Of a stretch of 64,000 nucleotides of DNA, positions 1-9,438 are shown piece after piece. Below the pieces are notes generated by a model. The model did not search any database and had not been told where the DNA came from. It saw nothing but the letters and a program-made list of their open reading frames with translations. Positions within the stretch are counted from its first letter, which is position 1; the number at the start of each line of letters is the position of its first letter. The stretch covers positions 88,113 through 152,112 of the forward strand of contig JBALDB010000018.1 of NCBI GenBank assembly GCA_036918135.1. The letters run 5' to 3'. The translations under genes and the position numbers were made by a program. This stretch comes from Nostoc sp. (GTDB lineage: Bacteria > Cyanobacteriota > Cyanobacteriia > Cyanobacteriales > Nostocaceae).

Positions 1-2238
1 CCAGCTAACATAAGCTTGACAAATTTCATCTATTACTTGGGCAGTTGTTGGGGCATGATGTTGGTATGAAACTCTGGCATACTCTAAAGGTGTTTGTGCT
101 GGATGTTTACCTAAACCTTTCTGGGCTGTCCATTGCAGCATTTGTTGATAAAGGCTTTCCATTGCTGGCAATTTCTTTAACCATCGACGATTACGCCACT
201 CTCGCCACTGTCCCCAACCTAGCCAAGCAAAGAAAGCTATGGTAGTACCCAAGATTAAGCCAGTCAAGACACCGAACCAACCTTGAGAGAATAAAGCTAA
301 AAACCAAGCGATCGCTCTACTCACCCAGTTGAATATTGTCCCAAATACATTATTCAATAAACCTGTTACCGGAGAAGGTAACCATCCAGCAATCCACTGC
401 CAAAATTGCCGCAACACGCTAAAAGTCTCAGTATCTTCTATTGAGGGGGGTATCAAGGGATGATTGGGAATTGGATCGAAGGCAAACCAACCATATTTAG
501 GGAAATATACCTCCGTCATCACATAAGCGTCTGTATTACGGACAACATACATCCCAGTGAATGGATTAAACTCTCCCGAACTAAACCCCGCTACTAACCG
601 TGCTGGGATACCAATGGAACGCAGCATCACCGTGAGAACTGTGGAAAAATGGTCTGGATAGCCTCCTTTGTACTTGAATAAAAAAGCTTCTACCAAGTCT
701 TCTTTTTCATCTAAATAAGGTAGTTCTAAGGGATTTTGTGGAACAGAGTAGTATTGCTTTAGGTATTGAGCTAAGTAAAGAGCCTTTTCATATGCTGAAT
801 CCAGACTTTTAGACGACTTTCCTACCTGGTGTTGATTGTAGTTGGCGAGGATTTCTTCGGTGCGTTGCCGGACTTTTTGGGCAATTTCGGACGGTATTTG
901 AAGATAATGGTTTTTAATATCTCGTGGATATTTAGTAGAAGTTTGACCTAACAAAGTCCGATCGCGGTATGGTACTTCGGAAACTACTGTATAAGTTACG
1001 CCTTCTGATAATTCCACAGGCGATCGCAAGCCGTTTTCTTTATCAACTGCAATCATTGGTGTGGGAAAATAAAGCTCTTTGGGATTAGCCATTGCTGGAA
1101 TTAGATTCGGCAATTCCGACACCACTGTATAAGTTTGTACGACTTCTTGAGTTTTTCCAGTAATCAAAGGTGGAGGAATAAAAATTTGGTAAGACCAAGG
1201 CGATCGCCTGATGGTGGTAACATCTTCATTACGAGAAACTTCCCATCCTTTACCTGTATAACGGTCAAATGCCAACACTCGCCAAAAACCCTCAGCTTGC
1301 GATCGGACTCGCATTACAACCTTGGGTTTCATCTCGCCCCGCAGGTTTTGGTTGATTTGGCTATTAAAACCGTAGTAAAAATTATTATCTACTTTTCCTG
1401 GTTGACCAGTTTGGTTTTGTCCTGCACCATCTCCTTGATTATTACTATTACCTTGACGGACATAACCGGGATTAATAATAGTACGTCCTGTAAAACTGCC
1501 TTTAATCTCTATTAGAGAACTTACAGGAAAACTTCGTAATTGATAGCCAGGTAATCTTGGTAAAACAGCAAAAATTGCCAGTCCCAGACCGACAATTATA
1601 AAAAAATTAATAATTAAAAATTTAAAATTTAAACTTGAGAATTTCCCTTTAGGTATTTTTTGTGTTTGCGTTTTTAATGACTGCAAACCCAAACGCGAAC
1701 GGTAATCTAATACTAAAGTTGGCAGAGCGATCGCTAAAAATAACAGTAATACAGGAGCAAATGCTAAAGTTTGACTTAGTGTTGCAGCTACACCTAATAA
1801 AATCAATCCGATGACAATCGAATAACCCAAATTTTTGCGGCGGGGTGTATCAAAGCTGTGCAATACCTGTAGTTGAATCAATAACTCTGCTAAACCTAAG
1901 CGCGTATCATTCAACTCTGTCACTAACCGCCCAAAGAAAGCACCCAGTGCTATTAACATGCCGATGGCGATACAGAATTTTATTGCAACATTGCGATCGC
2001 GGCGACGATAGTAACTCCAAATCGCACCTACTACACTCAAGGGTAACGCCCAAAGACTGAATGAAGTCTCAGCAGCGATATCTGTCGCCACAATTCCCAA
2101 AATAACCAACGCTAGCACCAGCACCCGTAAGGGAATTGAATCTTCCACTTCTGTCAAATGCGAACCCTGTGTATTTTGCTGCCCGAAATTATCTGTAGGC
2201 AGACGCCAAAACCGATTCATCCTGGATAAGTTAAACAT
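1..2238 (-). CDS. Transglutaminase-like membrane protein (DUF3488/TgpA family), 3' end runs off the window
   Basis: Absent from the ORF track because it is truncated. Manual minus-strand reading from ATG 2238 gives MFNLSRMNRFWRLP..., several hydrophobic helices, then ...GGYPDHFSTVLTVMLRSIGIPARLVAGF...TEVYFPKYGWFAFDP, a transglutaminase-core pattern. Confidence 0.85.
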   Translation of the reverse strand, partial: MFNLSRMNRFWRLPTDNFGQQNTQGSHLTEVEDSIPLRVLVLALVILGIVATDIAAETSFSLWALPLSVVGAIWSYYRRRDRNVAIKFCIAIGMLIALGAFFGRLVTELNDTRLGLAELLIQLQVLHSFDTPRRKNLGYSIVIGLILLGVAATLSQTLAFAPVLLLFLAIALPTLVLDYRSRLGLQSLKTQTQKIPKGKFSSLNFKFLIINFFIIVGLGLAIFAVLPRLPGYQLRSFPVSSLIEIKGSFTGRTIINPGYVRQGNSNNQGDGAGQNQTGQPGKVDNNFYYGFNSQINQNLRGEMKPKVVMRVRSQAEGFWRVLAFDRYTGKGWEVSRNEDVTTIRRSPWSYQIFIPPPLITGKTQEVVQTYTVVSELPNLIPAMANPKELYFPTPMIAVDKENGLRSPVELSEGVTYTVVSEVPYRDRTLLGQTSTKYPRDIKNHYLQIPSEIAQKVRQRTEEILANYNQHQVGKSSKSLDSAYEKALYLAQYLKQYYSVPQNPLELPYLDEKEDLVEAFLFKYKGGYPDHFSTVLTVMLRSIGIPARLVAGFSSGEFNPFTGMYVVRNTDAYVMTEVYFPKYGWFAFDPIPNHPLIPPSIEDTETFSVLRQFWQWIAGWLPSPVTGLLNNVFGTIFNWVSRAIAWFLALFSQGWFGVLTGLILGTTIAFFAWLGWGQWREWRNRRWLKKLPAMESLYQQMLQWTAQKGLGKHPAQTPLEYARVSYQHHAPTTAQVIDEICQAYVSW

Positions 2239-2698
2239 TTCGAGTCTAAGGTGTAGATCCCACGGAAACAATGCTAAAGACGGAACTGACCGCCTAATTT
2301 TAAGTATTCCCGTTGGGCGAAGTTTTCTTATCCTGTTTGTTAAGCGTCTATAAGTGTAAAATTGATGGCTTGGTAAAATAGAGGCGTGGCGAAATCAGCA
2401 CAACACATCCAATTAACTCGTTCCCCAGGCTTTGCGACTACTTAAATTTCCGTAGTCCCTGCAGGCGGACAAGAATTTGTATAGCCACGAATTGTATTTG
2501 CCAGGGTTTTTAATCCAAAATTGGTGTTATGGGGTGAGTCTACACATGCCTAAGAGATGGCAACCTACATTAAGTAAGCACCCTGTTGCTAGCAGTCTCG
2601 CAAGAGAAACTAAAGCCCCAAAGCAACAGCTAGGGGAAAAGTTATCTTAATATATATCGGCGTTGAGTAATGTAGTGTGCTAGCGGTAGCAATTTAGA

Positions 2699-3679
2699 CT
2701 AGATAGTGGGACTAATTACAAACAACAAAGGTTGTTCGTCTATTTCTGGAAACTCAACTTCTAGGGTATAAATTGAGTTAAGTTGCTCGCAGCCTAACTC
2801 TACACTTAGGTATCCAGAACTCGAAGATGTTGTCATTGCTAAGGTGCCACTTCCCTGCAATGTCAAAGTTCCTTTAACAGGTAAATCAGCTTGAACAAGT
2901 AACCTCGTAAGTTTACCTAGAAATTGGTACTCTACTTTAATGTTTAAAGTACCGACACTGGTCAGCCATTGTCTTTCCACCACTGGACTAGTTGCTGAAA
3001 GTGGTAGAGTCAGATTTTCCAGCAATTGTTTCGCCGCCAGCAATGACAAAGCCATCTGTTGACGGGGTTGTAAATCTGAGTAATCACTCTGAATTTCAGG
3101 CATCTTATCCAGAGTATTCACTGAACGATAGGTACTTCTTAGCACTAAACCAGCTATGTCATTTAATGCCTGAGACTCATTTGGGAAAAAGTTCTCCACC
3201 ACTTGAACTAATTTTGCTCCCAGCGGCACTGAAGATGTAACCAACGCCTGACACTGTTCTAGCAGTTGCCGGAAAACTCTTTCTGGCAGGGGAATCGGCA
3301 GATTCAGTTTCGACTGTTGTGCCATCCATCCCCAGGTAGGAACGAGCGTCATTGACGGCTCATCAATAAAATCGGGATAGTCAGTTAATTGTGTTTCCCA
3401 AGGAAACAACGGTGGGTGGTCTTGGATTTGGATTTGTAACCGACGCTTAAGGACGGCTTGGAAACGATCTTGCACAGTAGGAATTTCTCCCAGTTGAAAG
3501 GCCTGGGGCTTTCCTCTCAATTTTGGCTCACTGTTTTTTGAAGCAGTGGCTTGATTGTAGAGGTTTTTTACCCCGTCATTTTCCTTACATTCTACCGAGG
3601 GATACTCACCGTTTTTGACATTATCTGTCAATAACCAATAGAGACACTCTTGTTGTAAGGATTCTGAGTCACTATTCAT
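2699..3679 (-). CDS. patU: Heterocyst patterning protein PatU (single ORF)
   Basis: ATG at 3679 overlaps the hetZ stop; contains IPTVQDRFQAVLKRRL..PPLFPWE. Position directly behind hetZ matches the known cluster. Confidence 0.8.
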   Translation of the reverse strand: MNSDSESLQQECLYWLLTDNVKNGEYPSVECKENDGVKNLYNQATASKNSEPKLRGKPQAFQLGEIPTVQDRFQAVLKRRLQIQIQDHPPLFPWETQLTDYPDFIDEPSMTLVPTWGWMAQQSKLNLPIPLPERVFRQLLEQCQALVTSSVPLGAKLVQVVENFFPNESQALNDIAGLVLRSTYRSVNTLDKMPEIQSDYSDLQPRQQMALSLLAAKQLLENLTLPLSATSPVVERQWLTSVGTLNIKVEYQFLGKLTRLLVQADLPVKGTLTLQGSGTLAMTTSSSSGYLSVELGCEQLNSIYTLEVEFPEIDEQPLLFVISPTI

Positions 3680-4874
3680 GAGTAGATGCACTCGATCCGG
3701 ACACTAATGAGTTACGAATTTCCCAAGCTTGTTCAAGAATTTTAAACCATCGTTTTTGCAGTTGTGCCATTGACAGCCCTAAAGTTTTAGCTATTTTTTC
3801 ATCGCTTTGTCCTTGTTGCTTCAACTCTAGTAAAGACCGCTGTTTATTATCCAACTGTGCTGTGTATACTTGCCATTGCTGCGGAGTTAAGCCCAAGTTG
3901 GTATGCAATGAAGCTTCTAGCCACTCATGAACTAATTCCCAACGGTGCAACAAGGCAAATCGAATTAAATGATACTTGAAGCGCTGCTGTAAGTAATCTC
4001 TCTGACGAGGGGTTAAACCTAAAACCGACTCAATTTCCTGTGCTGATAGATCTTGGAGACGAAGCGAAAAGTAATCAGCACAGTCAGATTGTTGCCGTTG
4101 TTCGAGATAATTCATTAATTCCGTAATCACAACGGAGCGCAATGTGTCTTCTTCCGGTTCGGATTCTGTTTGGGTTGCCATTGTGGAGCGCAATTGCTGG
4201 ATGGCTGGTTCTTCCCAACCGTCAGCTTCACTGTTGCTACCTTCTGCGGCTTGTTCTATATCTACGCTGGTTTCGGGGGGTTGCTGTTGAGAGAAAGTTT
4301 GCGCTCGCAGGATAATTAGCTGCTGCTGACGGCCTGGTAAGGGAATTCGTCGTTTACCATAGCGTTCGGTAAATGCCATGTACTCAGCCAATTCCAGAAG
4401 CGTTTGCGGACGATAAGTGGCACCAAGTTGATTTTCTCGCCGAAAAGCGTTCAATGCTTCTAGATAAAAACTTTGTAGGAAATCTTCAATTATAGTCAGC
4501 CGTCCTTGATAGCTTAATTGCTTCTGAGGAGGATTAATGTAACGATAAATAATAGCGCTCAAAGTACTGTGTAATTCTACCCTGCCCCGATTTGAACCCA
4601 ACTGATAGTACCTAAGACACTGTTGCAGCCGATGTCGGGCGAGGGTAAGTGCCGAGCTTTCTACAGTTCCAGAAGCTTGGATACGTTTGCTTTCACTGCA
4701 AATCCGGTAGACTTCGGTGGTAATTCGTCTTGCTACATCGTGGCAATTCTGCTCCGAGGCTTTAGTTGACTGCTGAAACTCCCTGGACAGGAGTTGAAAG
4801 ATCGCCTCCACACCAATAGAATTTTCTCCCAGAATAGTTGCAGATGGAATAGTTGCGGTTGCGGCTGAATTCAT
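3672..4874 (-). CDS. hetZ: Heterocyst differentiation protein HetZ
   Basis: About 400 aa from MNSAATATIP; YYQLGSNRGRVELHSTL motif and a C-terminal HTH-like segment (IAKTLGLSMAQLQKRW). Confidence 0.9.
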   Translation of the reverse strand: MNSAATATIPSATILGENSIGVEAIFQLLSREFQQSTKASEQNCHDVARRITTEVYRICSESKRIQASGTVESSALTLARHRLQQCLRYYQLGSNRGRVELHSTLSAIIYRYINPPQKQLSYQGRLTIIEDFLQSFYLEALNAFRRENQLGATYRPQTLLELAEYMAFTERYGKRRIPLPGRQQQLIILRAQTFSQQQPPETSVDIEQAAEGSNSEADGWEEPAIQQLRSTMATQTESEPEEDTLRSVVITELMNYLEQRQQSDCADYFSLRLQDLSAQEIESVLGLTPRQRDYLQQRFKYHLIRFALLHRWELVHEWLEASLHTNLGLTPQQWQVYTAQLDNKQRSLLELKQQGQSDEKIAKTLGLSMAQLQKRWFKILEQAWEIRNSLVSGSSASTHE

Positions 4875-5079
4875 AGTCTCGGTTTTCAAAAGACCCTAAC
4901 GTATTTAAATACAACCTGTACGACCGTGGGTGTTGGCTTTTTGGGTTTTGCGTATAAGCTAAACGCAGAGCAATCCTACGTTGAAGATGTGCCTGATTTT
5001 ATTATTCCCAAGTTTTATGGGATTGTTCACATTTTGATAGATGTTATTGCCATTACCCAGGAGCCGTATACAAGTCATT

Positions 5080-5553
5080 ATGGATTTACAAACACAAATT
5101 CAATTGCTGATTGACAATGCACCCCGCGATGGTATAACACCAAATCTGATTACAGCAATTGCTCCTGCCCTAAGAGCGATCGCTCAAAAATTACGTTACT
5201 CCCAGTACTATATTCTCCAAAGTTCGGAGGGCAACTGGGTTTTAACTACGTTGAGCAATCGTACTAATCCAGGATTGGAAAAGCAGGTGATTTACGCTTT
5301 TCCTACCATACAGGATGTCTCCCTAATTTCCACTGCTGGGCTTGACCCTCAAATGCTAACTAAAATTGTTCCGGTTACCCATATTTTGTTTCAATTGCTG
5401 GCATTAGAACCCGTAGATAGTATCGTTTTTTTGGAAACGCCGGGTCAGACCACTCATACCTTTGAAGTCCGGCGAACTGACCTAGAAAAACTCATGCAAC
5501 AACAGCTACGACAGATCCGATCGCCTAAAAACATACCCCCTGATATTGCATAG
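5080..5553 (+). CDS. Conserved hypothetical protein divergent from hetZ
   Basis: ORF from MDLQTQIQLLIDNAP, followed by a hairpin. Confidence 0.75.
   Translation: MDLQTQIQLLIDNAPRDGITPNLITAIAPALRAIAQKLRYSQYYILQSSEGNWVLTTLSNRTNPGLEKQVIYAFPTIQDVSLISTAGLDPQMLTKIVPVTHILFQLLALEPVDSIVFLETPGQTTHTFEVRRTDLEKLMQQQLRQIRSPKNIPPDIA
5334..5348 (-). promoter_or_regulatory. Probable HetR-binding site for hetZ
   Basis: Minus strand reads GGGTCAAGCCCAGCA, one mismatch from the recalled Anabaena hetZ HetR site GGGTCTAGCCCAGCA, about 460 bp upstream of the hetZ ATG. Confidence 0.75.
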
Positions 5554-5606
5554 AATAGTTTTGATTGTGAGATTTTTTCGATACAACTCAATCTCTCTCT
5601 TGAAAG

Positions 5607-5643
5607 TTTATGAGCACCAGAAATCGGCGCTCATAAATTTTTG
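5607..5643 (+). terminator. Probable intrinsic terminator
   Basis: tttatgagcacc...ggcgctcataaa stem followed by a T run, about 55 bp after the stop. Confidence 0.55.
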
Positions 5644-5710
5644 AAAAATTTTCAATTTTCAATCTGTCTGAAAAAATTTGCTGAATTAGGAAACCATTTT
5701 TTCCCTATCG

Positions 5711-5934
5711 CTTTGTAATATCTAAAATTAATTAAAAAATAGTTAGCAGTGAACAATTCTCAATTTTTTTATTTACTATTCGTAGATTAGATTAAGCAAC
5801 GAAACTCAACATTTGTGGATTTGTTGGCTTCTCTTACAGGAAACCCAACCTACAGTTAGTATTTTCAAGTCTTTGTTATATCTAAAATTGATTAAAAAAT
5901 AGTTAGCAGCGAACAATTCTCTATTTTTTATTTA
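5711..5934. repeat. About 65-bp direct repeat pair flanking a degenerate REP-like hairpin
   Basis: ctttgt(a/t)atatctaaaatt(a/g)attaaaaaatagttagcag(t/c)gaacaattctc at 5711 and 5871. Confidence 0.85.
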
Positions 5935-6076
5935 GTTCTGCTAAGCCAAAAATACCCCCCTAAGAATAGGTGGCAGGTTTCACTTAGGTAGAACTTACGC
6001 AACTGACACATCTATTTTTCGTAATCCGGGTCAAGACCTAAGTCAAAGACCCTGCGCTCTGTGAGTGACAACTAAT

Positions 6077-7048
6077 TTAATAGAGCCGACTCAGTGCATA
6101 GTCAGCGATGTTAATCAATGCCTGTTTAGACTCTGACAGTGGCAAAACTGCAAGATGTTCAATTGCCAATTTAGTATGATGAGCAGCTAATTCTCGCGCT
6201 TGCTGTATACCTTGACTATCTTGAATTAATGTTAACGCTTGCTCTAAGTCCCCTTCTTGAGCAAATTCTCTTTCAATCAGCACTTCCAAATATGGTTTTT
6301 CAGCTAAAGCAAATAAAACAGGTGCAGTCAAATTGCCACTTTTGAGATCCGATGCTACAGGTTTACCTAAGGTATCTGTTGTGCTGGTGAAATCTAGAAT
6401 GTCATCGACAATTTGAAATGCTATGCCCAGATGACGACCATAGTTGTACATATGCTCAACAGTTTCTCTGGACACTTCACTAAGTAATCCAGCAGCTTTG
6501 GAACTATTAGCAATTAACGAAGCTGTTTTGTAATAACTCTTTTGGAGGTAAGTTTCAATAGAGATGTTAGCATCAAAACGATTCAATCCCTGCTGAATTT
6601 CTCCAGTCGCTAGATCCATAATCACTTCTGAGAGTAGTTTCACCACCTCCAAATTGTCCAAGTTTGCTAAATACCACGAAGATTGGGCAAAGAGAAAATC
6701 TCCTGCTAATATGGCAATGCGGTTACCAAACAAACTATGAACGGTGGGAACGCCTCGTCGCATATCTGATTCATCTACCACATCGTCATGTACTAAGCTT
6801 GCTGTGTGAATCATTTCAGTAATTTCAGCTAAGCGGCGATGACGCGGTGTAATTTCTTGGTCTAACATTGTTGCCCGCGATATTAACAGGACAATTGCTG
6901 GCCTGATACGCTTTCCCCCAGCTCCGAATAAATGTTCGGCTGCTGCAAACAAAATGGGGTGGCGATTTCCAACTAGCTGTTTAAGGTTATCTGCTAGTTG
7001 TCGCAGGTCTGCTTCCACAGGGGTAAACAGGGAGGTGGCTGGGGTCAT
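6077..7048 (-). CDS. sds: Solanesyl diphosphate synthase
   Basis: GGKRIRP, HDDVVD..RRG and QIVDDILD prenyltransferase motifs. Confidence 0.93.
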   Translation of the reverse strand: MTPATSLFTPVEADLRQLADNLKQLVGNRHPILFAAAEHLFGAGGKRIRPAIVLLISRATMLDQEITPRHRRLAEITEMIHTASLVHDDVVDESDMRRGVPTVHSLFGNRIAILAGDFLFAQSSWYLANLDNLEVVKLLSEVIMDLATGEIQQGLNRFDANISIETYLQKSYYKTASLIANSSKAAGLLSEVSRETVEHMYNYGRHLGIAFQIVDDILDFTSTTDTLGKPVASDLKSGNLTAPVLFALAEKPYLEVLIEREFAQEGDLEQALTLIQDSQGIQQARELAAHHTKLAIEHLAVLPLSESKQALINIADYALSRLY

Positions 7049-8172
7049 GGATGGGCGGACTCTGACTTAGGTTACGAAAGTTTACATATCCTTTACTCAT
7101 TTTAAGATAACCCAGTGCCAGCGCAAAGTTTTCATCAGCTAATCCCATACTCATAAGTCTATTGGTGAAAATATAGCTAATACTGGCTTTGTAAATAAGC
7201 AATTATGCTTAAAAGGAATATGACTTCTGAAAATATCAGAAGACTGTTAGCCGAAGATCGCGTGACTAAGCTATTGTAATATTTTGTAGCAATTTGTATA
7301 CAAAAAAATTAGGGTTTAGCAGTGCCCATTCTACAAAAATTGGAATCAAATGACTGGTACAAGATGTCAGGGTATTTACCTGTCGTATTTTTACATTGTC
7401 ATCTACAGATACAACAAAACCAAATTAAGTAATATTAATTATTGACAAAATTGACAAAATGTGGATTTGATTTCATAGCTGAGACTAATTTTTTTCGATT
7501 GAGTGTAGCTATAGAAAAAATTTGAAATTTAGCAGATGAGTGGGCTTAAAATTCACGGCTGTTGTGTTACGCTAAAATATAGGAATTTTAAATTTTTAAA
7601 ATACTCACACACCAAAAGTAAAGTTACTTAATAAGTAATTTTACTTAATTAGAAGTTGTGTGTACAAAATAACTATTGTTGGTAAGATTCAGGGGATAGC
7701 TCCTTTAATTTTTCTAACGATATGCAAAACTCCTAGTTGGGAGCTATGTAATATCCCTATGGGAAGCCTTTCGGGTGACGCTCCTTCTCTGCGAGACGCT
7801 AAATAAACGTCGCTAACGGTAGGCTAACGTCAAGTAGGTATTAAAGGTCTCCTTTATGCCCCTGTTGGCTCAAAGCTACACGCCTTTAGCGCGCTTTGGG
7901 CGCAAGGGTTATTCCTTTGGCAGTAGTGTGAGCAAAAATAAGGCAGATCGAGTAGACCCCTGAGAATTGCAGTATTAGGTTGTCTTTTGACAACTTAACT
8001 GCTGTGGAATGTACGGTCTGCAAAAGTTGTATTAATAAATTATTTGTCCTTAGAGAATCCAATCTCTCTAAGTAGATTTACCATAGCCAACTACAGATAC
8101 CAAGAATGTACTTAGTTGGCTGAAGTTCTACTAATTTGATGAAATTTTGTTGTTAAGGGTGCTGGTAGAACA

Positions 8173-8370
8173 ATGATTTACGGAAGTATGCCTATGATGA
8201 TTTTTATTTTAGCGTCTGGATATTTGTTCACAGTCTACCTGTTATTAGCATTAGCAAAGCGGACGGGTACAAAGACTGTTCCGAAAAATTTTGCTTCATC
8301 TGTTGAAGTAAAACACGAGCAGGAGATATCAGTAAGGACAAAAGTGACTCAAGCAGTCAATAGTCAATAG
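8173..8370 (+). CDS. Small single-pass membrane protein, unknown function
   Basis: 65-aa ORF alone in a long intergenic gap; hydrophobic helix followed by KR and a polar tail. Confidence 0.55.
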   Translation: MIYGSMPMMIFILASGYLFTVYLLLALAKRTGTKTVPKNFASSVEVKHEQEISVRTKVTQAVNSQ

Positions 8371-8446
8371 TCCATAGTTATTTGTCCTTTGTTGTTTGTT
8401 GTTTACAAATGACTTATGACCAATGACTATGGACAAATAAATTTTA

Positions 8447-9310
8447 TTAAAGTTGAGAAATAGCGATATCAGTAAAGCAAACCTCTTCAACCAGAGGAGT
8501 ATAGCCTAGCCACTGGACTCCGGACTGGGAAAACTGCTGCGGACAACCACTAACGGCAAAGCGAGTTGGTAGCGGTAGGTAGGTATTTCTTAAGCTAAGT
8601 AAGTCTAGTTCTTGGGCACAAGCAGCAACAACATGGACAGCCGGGTCTACTAACTGGACTTGGGAGGGGAGGAGCGATCGCAGCACTGGTGTCAGGTGAG
8701 GATAATGGGTACAGCCGTGGACTAAGGTGTCAATTTCCTGTTCTAATAAAGGCTCCAAGTAACCTCTTGCTACTTGGGCAGTGTAAGGGTCGTGAATGCG
8801 GTTTTGCTCAATCAGTGGCACAAATTCCGGACATCCAACTTGCCAAACTTGGACATTAGGATTAATTTCGAGTATAGCGTGCTTATAAGCATTACTCTTA
8901 GCCGTTGCGGGAGTGGCAATTACACCGATGCGCTTTCCTTGCTGTACTGCTGCTCTTGCTCCTGGTAGGATCACTCCTAGTATAGGTATGCTAAATTCTT
9001 GACGTACAATCTCTAATGCTAGCGCAGAACTGGTGTTACAAGCCATAATCACCATTTTTACCCGCTGCTGTTGCAACCAGGTAAGGATTTCACGCGTAAA
9101 TTGTAAAATTTCTGCTTGTGAGCGAATTCCGTAAGGAAGCCGAGCTGTGTCCCCAAAGTAGACAACTGATTCATTAGGAAGTTGACGATATAGTTCTCGT
9201 AGTACCGTCAGTCCTCCCACACCACTATCAAAGATACCAATTGGGGCACGTTGGGGTTCTCGGTTAGAAAAATCGTCAAGATTTTCTTCAAATATGGAAG
9301 ATGAATACAC
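8447..9310 (-). CDS. murI: Glutamate racemase
   Basis: DSGVGG, ACNT and GCTHYP motifs. Confidence 0.96.
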   Translation of the reverse strand: MYSSSIFEENLDDFSNREPQRAPIGIFDSGVGGLTVLRELYRQLPNESVVYFGDTARLPYGIRSQAEILQFTREILTWLQQQRVKMVIMACNTSSALALEIVRQEFSIPILGVILPGARAAVQQGKRIGVIATPATAKSNAYKHAILEINPNVQVWQVGCPEFVPLIEQNRIHDPYTAQVARGYLEPLLEQEIDTLVHGCTHYPHLTPVLRSLLPSQVQLVDPAVHVVAACAQELDLLSLRNTYLPLPTRFAVSGCPQQFSQSGVQWLGYTPLVEEVCFTDIAISQL

Positions 9311-9438
9311 AGGCAGGTATTGATTGAGGTTTTTGGATATAAAATACAGAATTTAGCAGAGAATTTACAAATTTACCACTAAATTCTGTACGTAAAAAAA
9401 TCTAAATACCACCTCTTGAATAAGTAATTTGTACTATA

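Noticed and set aside
6028..6038. Second HetR-like box GGGTCAAGACC
   Set aside because: Imperfect GGG-N5-CCC, located between convergent gene ends.
2240..8440. PatS/PatX-like RG(S/T)GR peptide gene near hetZ
   Set aside because: No such motif in the listed ORFs or noticed by eye; very short ORFs were not exhaustively translated.
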